Shown here piece by piece: positions 1 through 11,517 of a stretch of DNA of 64,000 nucleotides (the stretch's first letter is position 1; every line of letters begins with the position of its first letter). This stretch comes from Lepidodermella squamata (taxonomy: Eukaryota; Animalia; Gastrotricha): the NCBI GenBank assembly GCA_047495785.1, contig JBLDXI010000081.1, forward strand, positions 35,582-99,581, in the 5' to 3' direction. The translations under genes were made by a program, and so were the position numbers. The notes under the pieces are model-generated. The model made no database searches. It saw nothing but the letters and a program-made list of their open reading frames with translations, and was not told the origin of the DNA.

Positions 1-638
1 GTTCAGTAAACATCATGCAAATGCTGTTTGGAAACTGAGAAAAAGTGGTGGAAAAACGGCGGAAATACGGTGGAAATACTCGAATCTACCAAACCGGTAA
101 AAACCGCATGATAAAAACTGCAGTTTTAACGGTATACCGCCACACTGGTTTTGTGGGCACTGCGCGATTTAAAATCAAGGAAACTTCCAGAATAATGTTT
201 CTTATAGAGCCGCTTGAGCTCATGGCGACCCTGACCGGATTGGTGGTTTCAATAATCTCCGTTGTCTAGCCTTTGGATTAGGTACTTCGTGATCGACTGA
301 ATAATTTTGCGATCTAATATACTGATTGCTGATCTGGTAGCTTTTCTTATAGCTTCGCCGCGCTTTCGGGTCAACGGTCAGCACTTCATCATTCCGGAAA
401 TTCATTCCCCTAGAATTTTCAGATTTTCCATGAACTTCGCTAGAAACATTTTTATTTTATCAAAGTAGCTTGCGAGAAACGGATGAGCATTCTTCCATTC
501 GATAAAAGTTAAGTCTGATATCATGAAACGTATTACGAAATCAAACTATTAACATTGAGAAATTGATAACACTGAAAGTCGATATTTCAAGGCTGATTGA
601 AAATTAAAACTATTTCAATCAGTTGCAGACAACAATTC

Positions 639-3600
639 TCAGGATTCATCGTCTTCTTCATTGTTAGCTTCGTCAGATTGTATTAGAATTCTCTCGCCGT
701 TCGAGGGCTTGACAAAATCATGTTCAGCCGATTCAGCTTTCAGATACTCGCAAAGCACTGTTTTGGCCATGTCGCAGGAATCGGCCGAGAAAACGCCTTG
801 TGGTTCTAAAGCTCCACCTACAAGATACAAAAACATTCAAATCAAAGCTAAAGAGAAGAAGTTCAAGCAATTACATTCACGATCAGCCTCTTGTTGCGGA
901 GCTTTTTCTTCCGAAACAGCTACCCCGCCAAACCAATTCCATCGCCCGACGTCGAGATTTCGAGCTCCAAGCCACGCGCCTCGACTATCAGATTCATCGG
1001 CGAAATTCAGCAAAATCTTCTCGATTTTCGCGAGTTCAGCAGCAGAAGATGCGATCGCAAGGAAACCACCCTTTCCTCGGCAAAATTCCGCTGCATCCTG
1101 CCATGCCATTTTCTCAGCAACATAATCATAATAGGTCACCTAAAGAATTCGAAATTTCATTAAAATTCCCTGAACTTTGAAAGCTAACCTTAGGTGATCG
1201 GTAGAACCGGCAGATAACGGGCTTCTTCTCAGCGCATTCGTCAGCTTTGAAAACAGCCTTTCCATCTTCAACACGGTAACTCAGGCACCAATTGGCTGCC
1301 TCAGATTCAATTTCAGCATCAAAAGTTGACCCATCGACCCAGAAAGCTTGATTCTTTGGCTGGAACCGCAATCCAATCCAAGCTGGTGATCCATCGAGAG
1401 TTGAAACAGCTTTATCCAAATCGTTTTCGTCATTCAAAACAGCTGGGTATCCACCTTCTTTCCGGCAAGTTTCAAAGGCGTCACTTGCAGTTGATTCTTT
1501 AGCGATGAAAAAGTGTTTCACCATACGATCGTTGACTTCAGATCGAGAGGTTGAGCCGCAGACCGGAATTTTCGAGCAATATTCGAATTTGCTAGTATCA
1601 GAGGCGAGGATGCACATCGGAGCTTTGACGTCGCTGTACGGCATTCGACACCCGTTGCCCTTCATTGTACCCTGGGGGAAGTTGTCTGGATGCAGGCCGT
1701 GGCGGTTCAACTCCTCCCAATTGGCACACTGCTTGCCCGAGTCTGTCGTCGAAAGTGGTCCCTCGTAATCATAGCCGGTATTCGTTATTCTACAACCGCT
1801 TTTCGCTAGGTCTGACGCCCGCTCACCTGCGGCAGTTGCGTAGATGTGGAGATTGAATCCAATATTGCTTGAGTCGCCCTTCTCGAACGTCTGGAAGATC
1901 ACCATCGCCCAATTTCGGTCAGTCCAAGCGACGCGGCCGGCTGAAACTCCAACTCGGCAAAATCTTAGAAAAAATAATGCATGCGGGTCTAAAATGGGAG
2001 AAAGACTCACTTTGGCCCACTTTTCGTAGGGTCTGCGTCGGTTTTAATTTCGACATAGTCTTCACAAATGCCTGAATAATTTAGCAAAATCTAATATGCG
2101 ATTCGAATGTCGAAATTCAATCTTTACCATTAAAATATTTCGAGTGCTTAACTTCCGGCCTTTTTTCGAACCCAAACAGCAATCCGCTCCCTTCAGGCTA
2201 GTTACAAAAGAGAAAGCAATATTACTATTTCGCACATAATTCAACGAACCGCTCTGATCAGCCAAACACATCGCATATTGGCCTTGTATGGTCGAGGGTG
2301 GTCGGGGGAGGTTAGGGAGACAATCGCGCCAGCTTTGATTTCAGCAAGGCCGCCACAGGAGGTTGACTCTAGAGCTGAGCAATCATCGCCGCCGTAGCCA
2401 TCAGGGCACAAGCATTTCTTGCAGTTGTTCGGATCTTGGTAGCCACCGTTTTGACACTTCACCTCAGTAGATCCACAGCTCATCTCTGGAAAAGGAGGAA
2501 ATTGAGTTCCGATCTACGGGTCGAAGAAATGAAACTCACGCATGCAGTTGTAGTGGAAATTGACCCGTTTTGCATCATTGAACGCAATGAAGTCGCGCTG
2601 GCCCATCGAGGCCAAATAACGCCGATCATGAGGAATCATAGTGCGGCGTTTGCGATCTTGCGAGAACGAATCTGAGGTGTAATGCATGACGGACGCAAAA
2701 TCATAGGGCGTTCCGTAATTTTTGTCCGTATGAGCCTTCAACGGGTAGAAATTATGATGCATTTTCCTAGAAGGAAAAAAATAAAATAAAATAATAAAGA
2801 AATTATAGAAAAAAGTTATGCCCACTTCTCGACAGCGTCGAGGAAAACTCGAATGTGAGACTCGCCATCGAAACGATTCTGTTCGTGTTCCTACAAAAAG
2901 GGGATAGAAATAAAGGAATCTTGAAACTTGAATAACTTACCATTCCAAGAGCGTGACCGATTTCGTGAGCTGCAATGGCAACCTGTGTTGAATTTGTAAT
3001 AGATAGGGCATCAATAGAGCAATGGCACAAGGGCAAACCAGTTCACAGCCTTTGCCAATCGAAACAGGCTGGATTTTGCTTTCACGGGCCATTCCAAGAA
3101 TCGAGTAGCACCTTTTACAGAAAACAATATAATCGCTTCCTTCATATTGAGAAAATCTTACCCGTCCCCACTAATGAAATGGATTCCGTTACCATGCGTT
3201 GGATTAGATACCTCTCGAAATCGAACACAAGTCATTTTCTCCCATTGTTTTGCTGCCCGGCGAATGACGTCAGCAACATCTCGAGCTGTTACACATAAAA
3301 TTATTTGCAGATTTCTAGAAACCTGACCATCTTACTGATAGCTCTGTCGAAAGAGAAGCTTATCGGGAAATTCCACTTTAAAATCCCAGCGTTGATTCCA
3401 CGGATCGATTCGTCGTCAGTCTCAAGTCCCAATTCTTTCTTCAACTCGTGTAGAATTATGCGGGCTTGATCGGGCGAATGGCGGACCTCGCATGCAGGTG
3501 CCGCTGGAAATTCACTGGTCCGCTGGTCGTCATCCTCTTCGTCGGGATTTGGCGGCAGCAATCTAACGGCTTCGTCCTCGGCATCGTTTTCCGATTCTTG

Positions 3601-5413
3601 TTCGTGATTCGATTCATCCTGTTTCCAAAAACAGAGGCAGAATTAAGCGATGTACGAAGAAAAGGGAAATGGGGATATGGGGGTAGAAAGCCATAGAGGG
3701 AACATTTAATCAAAAAATGGTGTCGGTTTACTCATTCACGGCATTTTCCTAGGTTTATACGCCTTAGCTCCAGGATTTCACTTTATGCAGTCATTTGAAT
3801 TGAAAAATCGAACTAAGACCAAAACCGATCCTAAATTTAACTCTGAGCCCCAACCAAACTATAACCCTAACCCTAACCTGAAGGGGCAACAAAATCGACA
3901 TATACCTAACCCTAATTTTAAGCCTGAACCCTAACCAAACCCCAACCAACCAATAAACTCCCAACTATAACCTGTTCAATTTTCAACTTAATTTCCTTCA
4001 ACCTGCATCCCCTAGCTCATTGGTTTACTGAAAACACAATTATATGGAAAAATATGTATAAAGGGTTACAATTCTTTACATACATTATGAAAGGTCAAAA
4101 TAAACGTTTAAACCGTTTGAAAAATTGAATTTTTGAAATTTTTGATAAATTTTTCAATTCCAAGTTAATTTCTTTCTAAATTTGATGAAAGGAAGCTGCT
4201 ACCTAATTCTAACAAGAAATCTGAGATTTTGAACTTTATTCCTCTTGTGATTTCCATAGACAACTATATACAGATCGGAAAGTAAAGATCGTCCTATTGT
4301 AAATAAATAATAAATGCACGTCAAAACGTGAAAAAGTGGGCACGCGATCTTCATTTTCATTCAATTATCGCCCTATCCGCCCATTGTATTTTTTTCATTA
4401 TAAATTATTTTATAAAATTCCTAGAGAAAAAGTTTAATTTCTTCTAAAAATAGCTTTGGCTTTGCTACTTTTTCCATGCAAGTTAAGCTTTTATTTAGCT
4501 ATCTTTAGCTCGCTCAGAGTATTATCACGCATACATGAAAATTTCGCAAAAAAATTCTGATTTGCTCAAGTTTTATATCGTTGGATAGAACAAAAATCAA
4601 ATAAGATCATGGTATTTTTCTCGAAATTTTTCGGCGTAAAATAAAAAAAGTTTTACCGCCCTGAAAACTCTTAAAATGGCGATTCTACGTAAAAGTGACC
4701 AACTTTGAGACGGGGCTCATTCGATAGAGGAGCGCTTCTAGTATTCCGTAAAATTTGTTTTGAATTTTTAGGAAATGAAATTTTTTCTGTAAGAATTTCA
4801 GAATAAACAATTAAAAATGTAAAAATTAGAACGGGCGGAGCAATGAGTGAATGAAAATGAAGGTCGCGTGCCCACGTTTTGGTCTGAATGTATTTACTAT
4901 AGGACGATCTAAATACTTTCCGATCTGTATAGAGTTGTCTATGGTGATTTCGAATTTAGACTAACTGACCCGCTCCAAACAACAAAGTTGCTTCTTACCT
5001 GCTCTGACATCACTTTTCGACGTTGTTCCATCAGCTGGGCTATTTCTTCGTAGATAGCGGCTGTTTCAGTATCGTCATGAATCATTGCGTCTTCATCAAC
5101 ATCGGCAGTTGGCGCAGAGCTTTCGCTTCCATCTGTATCTTCGAGGTCTTCGTTGTATGGCTCCTCTCTAGCGTGGCGTCCAATCGATGACCTGTCCTAA
5201 AAAATGGACAAACAAATTAGACGTAGATTCTTAAATAGAGCTAATAACTAAATCAGCTACAGAACAAAAATGGAACAAAAATAGAACTGAAAATAAATTT
5301 ACCTGCGTTATGTAGCTGTCATTTAATGAATTATAATCACGACTGCCCAGTGCTGTTGAAACGCAGCCAGGAAAACACTGCGTAAGAATGAGTAAAATTG
5401 GTAAAACAATCAT
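639..5413 (-). CDS. Secreted astacin-family (M12A) zinc metalloprotease: signal peptide, acidic prodomain, astacin, EGF-like, CUB, kringle, 2x C-type lectin; multi-exon
   Basis: Signal peptide MIVLPILLILTQCFPGCVS from ATG 5413. Phase-0 splices join exon 4999-5196 to the exon starting at 3618. Spliced zinc motif HEIGHALGM|EHEQNRFD; Met-turn SVMHY; EGF CQNGGYQDPNNCKKCLCPDGYGGDDC; CUB (CGG..LTSPDHP..Y..NMRCVWLI); kringle (C..TGYDYEG..STTDSGKQCANW..NGCR.P); two CTLDs; stop at 639. Confidence 0.88.
3835..3972. repeat. Degenerate (CCCTAA)n-like low-complexity tract in astacin intron
   Basis: Imperfect taaccc/cctaac units; a similar tract is at ~37800-37895. Confidence 0.5.
4255..4943. mobile_element. 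MITE with CATAG termini and 8-bp TSD (P-element/hAT-like)
   Basis: TIR CATAGACAACTATATACAGATCGGAAAGT / ACTTTCCGATCTGTATAGAGTTGTCTATG with longer imperfect subterminal IR; flanked by direct repeat GTGATTTC (4247-4254, 4944-4951). Confidence 0.9.
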
Positions 5414-5854
5414 GATCAGTAGCCTGAAATTAAGGTGACTGAAAGCAGAACGCAATAAAATTTCAAGTTAGTTCGAGCCCGCGAACATCTGTCAAGCTGT
5501 TACTAGCTAGCCTTATGGCTTCGTAATTAATTTGAGCACGAGTTGAGCAAACAGGGTCGAACAAATGGTGCGTGACATGTAATTAAAGTTTGAAATTTTT
5601 ATCAAGGTTAAAATGTCTTTCTCGTGAACTGGTTCGCCCAACTCACTCAGCAGCAACAAAAGGAACATTGTCTGAGCTCAGACAATACTGTTACCGAAGG
5701 GAAACTCACAAAGTGGAACACTCAAAGAGTTGCAAGAGGCCACTCATCGGCTTTTATTGATAGATTTTTTTTTAAAAATCGACTGCACTAATCTTGCTAG
5801 AAAATTTTGTATTATAAAGTCAATGCGATTCTACCGGAAACGGATTGAATACCG

Positions 5855-7207
5855 TTATTGGATCATCAGTATGAGCACAACAACATCGGTTAAAACAGTG
5901 ATGATTAGAATGACTGTAAACACGATGCAATCAATAAAGCGAATGAGGGTCATATTCATTAAATTAACTTGAATGCGTAGAAACCGCTTCCTACCCGCCA
6001 GATCGCTAGAAATAAGGCAATAGATGGCGCAGAGCACTGCAATAGCCATTTGACCAGCTAAGAATACCAGAATATAAGGAATTTCAGCTGATTTTGGTAT
6101 CGAGTCGCTGATGCTTGATTGCGAAACTGCCGAGGCCAGCACGACAGTTATGCAAAATGTCGGCCGATCTGGGTGTTCAGGTGGCATGAAACCAGCGGCG
6201 ATCAGAACCAGTTGCAGGCAGATATTTGGGAAAAATATTGTCAGCAAATGAAACCCGTAACGGCGTTCGAAGTCGAAGTTAAATCGTAATGATGAATAAT
6301 TCGTTCGCCCATTATCGCCTTCATCCAAAATATATTCGGCATTATAAGATATCAAACGCCACATCTCGCTCGGGTTAATGAACTCGAAGTTCTCTATTTT
6401 GATGCCATCGTTCTGGAAAAGGTATTTTGTTAGCCGTGAGTTGAAGAACGATTCGATCCTCATGCCACAAGATTGCTTGTCGAATGGGAAGTTCAAAAAG
6501 CTGCGAAAAACGAATTGTCAATCACAGTAGCTCAAGAGGTAAAAAGTCACAACAAAGCTTCTCACTACTTTGCTCAATCGCAACTCTTATTTTGCGTAGT
6601 ATTGACATACTTTAGGCTGCAGAGTGACGTGAAAGCGCCTTGCAGGTACATTGTTACTTTGCCATCGTTGTAATATACAACTGTAGCTCTCTTGCTCAAG
6701 CTTGAAGGGAAATGCATTGATAAATTGGGGAAATACAAAGTTTAGCTAGCAAACCTTTCAATTGTCGACATTTCGAACGCATTAATATGAGTGAAGACAG
6801 GGGTCCACGTCTCTGAACCTTTCAACTCGATGGCTCTTATATGAGAATAATTTGAAATATGCTGCCAGATCGCGCATGGGTGCTTCCAGCTGATAGCAAG
6901 CTCGCCGTAAAACGAGAACCTAGGGACATTCCAGGTAAATTGAAGGTAGAAATATAGGAAAGAACAATTGTTACGATTGCTCGTCTTCGTTTATCCCTCG
7001 AAAATAAAATGGTTCAACCGATACATAAATGAGCATAGTTTCGGTGAAGTTAGCAACAGGTCGAATCCGTTGATCGAGGCGACATCTGGAAATCAGAAAG
7101 TCTCTCAGCTCAAGCGCATCCGGGTTGAACAACGGAATCTCCTCCTCAAGATTCCCAGCGTTCGAATACGCTGTAAGAATTATCAATAGTATGAGTTGCT
7201 TATACAT
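5855..7207 (-). CDS. Divergent Cys-loop (pentameric) ligand-gated ion channel subunit, copy 1 (377 aa)
   Basis: Exons 7207-6975, 6919-6755, 6700-6611, 6500-5855 splice in frame. Signal peptide, RPV, WTP, Cys-loop CSLNFLNFPFDKQSC, ERR, four TM helices with L9'. Confidence 0.92.
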
Positions 7208-7744
7208 TACGCAGAAGAGGTAAATTGTCGCGAGATGGGAAATATGTCCTACTTTTAAAAAATAGTTGAAAGTCGGCTTGTCTATCTAGTGATCGGTACC
7301 GAGTAAATACACAACCCAGATCTATATGTTGTCAAATATCCGGATTTGAAAAAAATACGTGTGCACGAAAGCTCACGTCACTCTGTTTGTTGTTTACTCA
7401 GCGGATAAAATGAACATCGCTTCGGATTATAACGCGATGATTACTCATTGAACTACCTGCAGCGATTTTGAGAGAATCCGTCAGCTAAGCAATGAACCAA
7501 GTGACAATAACATACAGAACGATGTGATCAATCTGTTCCGATCACGATCTGTGATCATGACTTTTGTGCTGCTTCAATTGTTTGAGATGGGAAAGTTTAC
7601 CCTGGCGTGGCGAGTGGCGAGCTGTTCGAAGACGTATATAAGTACCGGAATATTATAAAGGTTCACTATTTTTGAACGGTCCTAAGTTATTTCAAATGCC
7701 TTGCAACCCTTTTCTTCTAGACAGGTCCTCATTTACATTCCACT

Positions 7745-8219
7745 TTATACGGTAATTTCAGACCTTGCACAAACATCCAGTTTCTCTTCATTTCACAGGA
7801 ATCCACGTCTGCGAACCTTTTAAATCGATGATTCTTATGTGTGAATAGTTTGAAATGTGCTGCCACATCGCGCATGGATGCTTCCACATGAGAGCAAGCT
7901 CGCCGTGAAACGAGAACCTTAGAACACATGTAATTATAGATTCATGGCAGAAATAGGAGCAATTATTACGATTGCTCGTCTTCGTTTATCCCTCGGAAAT
8001 AAAAGGGCAATTCCGATGTATAAATGAGTGCATTTTCGCTGAAATTTTCGAATGTGTTGTCAGTTGTCTCTCAACTCACGAGCTTCCGGTTTGAACAGCG
8101 GAATCTCTTCGTGCGGATTCCCAGCTTTCGAATAAGCTGTAAGGATCATCAAGCAAGATATGTAAGCTGTAAGCTGTAAGCTCATCAAGCTGTAAGCAAG
8201 ATATGAGTTGCTGAGACAT
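7745..8219 (-). pseudogene. Cys-loop channel copy 2, truncated remnant (exons 1-2 only)
   Basis: Homologous to exons 1-2 of the other copies, with a GCTGTAA tandem expansion, internal deletion and no exons 3-4. Confidence 0.85.
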
Positions 8220-8529
8220 TACATAGAACAAGCCACCTCTCCTTGGAAGCGAAATAAGCCTGAATTTTGTTATTGGGGAAATTAACTGACGCCGTAATAG
8301 CTATCTAGTGATCGGTACCAAGTAAATACACAAGCCAGATCCATGCCCTGTCAAATATCAGGAAACACGTGCAGGAAATACATTCGCAGTTCTGTTAAAT
8401 GAATTGCATTTGATGACGCTAAAGCTAACATCACTACGGAATTTCTGGTTTGCTGAAATGGGATTCGATGTTCACACAGCGGCCGAATTGAATTTCGCTT
8501 CGGATTATAACGCGATGAGGAACTATTTT

Positions 8530-8553
8530 GAGAGAGAGAGAGAGAGAGAGAGA
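8530..8553. repeat. (GA)n microsatellite
   Basis: Direct sequence. Confidence 0.9.
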
Positions 8554-8922
8554 GTCAGTTCCTTGCGTTAACTAATCAACGAAACGATGGGACAGAGCAC
8601 TACTAGGTGAAGGACACTCTAAAGGCAATAAGCCGAGAGTGGCAAAGTCGGGCAGCCCGAGTTTAACCACCAGCGTCTAAATATCCAGATTTTCTGCCTG
8701 CTAATTTTGTTATCATGTAATTTCAGCAGTTTCTTATTCAAATGACTTAGTAGATGCTCACGTAGCCTTAACGTAGTGCCTTTTGTTTTTGCTATGAATC
8801 CAACATCTCTCAACAAAAGAAAAGATGATATAGCGTAGTTTTATGAGAACAACGAAAACATGACACAGGCAGCTTCATCAGCAAGCTATAAATTACAGTT
8901 AAGCCACTTAATGTAGCAAAAA

Positions 8923-10890
8923 ATGGCTAAATCAAGCAGATTGTTCAAGATCATTGCCGTCTTAACAGCTTTCTACGTATTTTTTAAATACACCCCCATC
9001 GGGAAATACGCTGGGAAGCAATTATTGGCTCAACTCCATCGAACACCAGCTTCTGTCAAGCTACTCAAGGCAACAAAATCCCATATAACTCAGCGACAGT
9101 CGGAAATTGGCGATGAAGGAGCCTTATTTTACGAGGGCTATCGACTCAGCCAGATAGGCCAGATGAAAGAAGCTGTAGCGATGTTCAATGAATCTTGGCG
9201 GGCGTACGATCTATCGAAGGAGGCCGGCCATTGGCCTACCATCGCGATTCACAGCATTTTCGACCATTTTCAGTACAATCTATACCGGCAAGCCGAGTAT
9301 CAGGCTGCTTTTGAGATTTGCAAAACGGCACTGAACTCGGAGGAGCTTAAAAATGACGAGGAACAACGGCGATTTTTCCTAGTTCGAGCTATCAACGTGG
9401 AGGCGGAGGGTGCAATTAAGAGGTCAGCGACTCCAAACAATCCTCTATTTAATCACCTGGTGCCAGCTGTTTTCAAACCAGGAGATGAGAAAATTGGCTT
9501 GGAAATAGCCATGATATACTTTGGTGGCATGCATTCGCAATACGCTCATCGACTTGCTGTCGAAACGTGGCGGCTTTACAATGCTTCGCTGGAACTTGGC
9601 CGGAAGCCTACTGTTAACCTTGTTAACTTATTGGAGACTCTCATGGATTATACTCAGGGTTTGAAATACTTCGAGGAGAGTAAAGTCTACGCTGATATAC
9701 TTCGGCAAAACATGGATGGATTAAGCGAGGAGAAAGTCAAAAGTCTCCAAGGAAAATTCCGATTTGTTGATGCCAATGTCATTTTAAATTTCTTGGAGGT
9801 ACTTTTTAATTTTTCAATTTTTCAAATTAAAAATGTTTACGAACTTTGGATATTTTATTTTAATTTTAATTGTTAATTGTTAATTGTTAATTTCTTTTAC
9901 TTTCTTCTATTAATTGTATTTTATTTTGGGATTACGTAATGGAAGTTGGCTGACCCATTTTATTGTTTTTCAATTTTTCAGAGAAACGGAACTTCGCTCG
10001 ACACAGCTCCGATCGATGTGCAAGTTGAGAAGGCTAAAGAGCTGGAGAATACTATGCGTTACGATCTATGCCGTGAAGATTCTGACATGGTAAAAGGTCT
10101 GAAGAAGCTCTACGAAGACCCTAAGCTCTACTGTCGATACTCGAATCGCGGCAGACATCCCCTTCTCATCTACGCTCCAGTGAAAGAGGAAATTCTTAAC
10201 CATGACCCTGTCGCTGTTTTAATTCACGATTTTGTAAGACCAGCCACTGCAAAAAGGTTCATGGACGAGGCTGATCCTCACTTATTCCAAGCCGGCACGA
10301 TAAACCACCAGGGGGGTGTGTCAGATTTGAATTACATGCATAGACGCTCGAGGCATACGTGGATAAAATCTGACAACTACCCAGAATTCACTCGCAGGGT
10401 CGAGGCTGTACTTGGATTGGACCCGACGGACAATTTGGGCTGTGAGATGTACCAGATTAACAAGTACGGCATCGGTGGACACTACGGCGAGCATCCCGAC
10501 TATCTCTACCCTTCAGTTGACCCGGGCAGGGAGAGGATTGCTACCCTCCTTCTTTACTTCAATGAGGTTGAAGTGGGCGGGTGGACTGTTTTCACGAGAT
10601 TAGGACTAAGAGTCGCCCCGGAGCAAGGCGCTGGACTATTTTGGTACAACATCCATCGGAACGAGACAATCGACCCTAGAACCCATCATGCAGCCTGCCC
10701 ATTGAAAAGCGGCATTAAATGGGTTGCTAACAAATGGTTCCGTTTTCGGGGTCAGTTTCACCTTAAACCTTGCGGCAAGACTGAGGTCGAACCTTTCACG
10801 CTCAAAGATTTTGTCGCTCCCAAGTGGCTGCGTAATAAGCCGATGACTTTCAAATACGTCGGACAATTACCTCCTGATGCCATGTATTAG
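8923..10890 (+). CDS. P4HA: Prolyl 4-hydroxylase alpha-subunit-like 2OG-Fe(II) dioxygenase (2 exons, ~594 aa)
   Basis: Exons 8923-9798 and 9982-10890 (phase-0 GT-AG intron). P4HA motifs LYCRY..LIYAPVKEE, Q..KYGIGGHYGEHPD (HxD), RIATLLLY..VEVGG.TVF, HAACP..G.KWVANKW. AATAAA at ~10902. Confidence 0.9.
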
Positions 10891-11042
10891 CTATATAGAT
10901 GAATAAAATTTGTTGGCTAACACATCAGCGAGTTATTTACTTACTCATTAAAATAAGCACAACGACATCAATGAAAATAGTGATGTGATGTGAATTTACT
11001 TACTATTGGAAGATCTTCACTTTCAGATCTGTATAGAGTTGT

Positions 11043-11500
11043 CTAATAGAGACTAACTGACCCGCTCCAAACAACAAAGTTGCTTCTTACCTGCTCTGAC
11101 ATCACTTTTCGACGTAGTTCCATTAGCTGGGCTATTTCCTCGTAGATAGCGGCTGTTTCAGCGCCGTCATTAATCGTTGCATCGTCATCAACGTCGACAG
11201 TTGGCGAAGAGCTTTCGCTGCCATCTGTATCATCGAGGTCTTCGATGTAAGGCTCTTCGCTAGCTTGGCGTCGAATCGACATTCGTCCCTGAAATAAAGA
11301 AAACTGATTTTTTGACTTTTTCCCAAGGCAAATTTTTGGAGAGCCAAAGTAAAATAAAAATATAACAATACAAATAGCAATCACTTTACCTGAGTTATGT
11401 AGCTGTCATTATAGGCGTTATAATTCCTACTATTCAATGCTGTTGAAACGCAGCCAGGAAAACACTGCGTAAGAATGAGTAAAATTGGCAAAACAATCAT
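11043..11500 (-). pseudogene. Partial duplicate of astacin gene 5' end (signal peptide + acidic prodomain exons only)
   Basis: Close paralog of 4960-5413, ending in the right-end remnant of the same CATAG MITE (~11000-11045); no catalytic exons follow. Confidence 0.85.
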
Positions 11501-11517
11501 GTTCACTATCCAGAAAT

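Noticed and set aside
3456-3713. Alternative astacin start near 3694
   Set aside because: Poor signal peptide; upstream exons at 4999-5413 splice in frame and supply one.
3835-3972. Telomere or interstitial telomeric array
   Set aside because: Few, degenerate units inside an intron.
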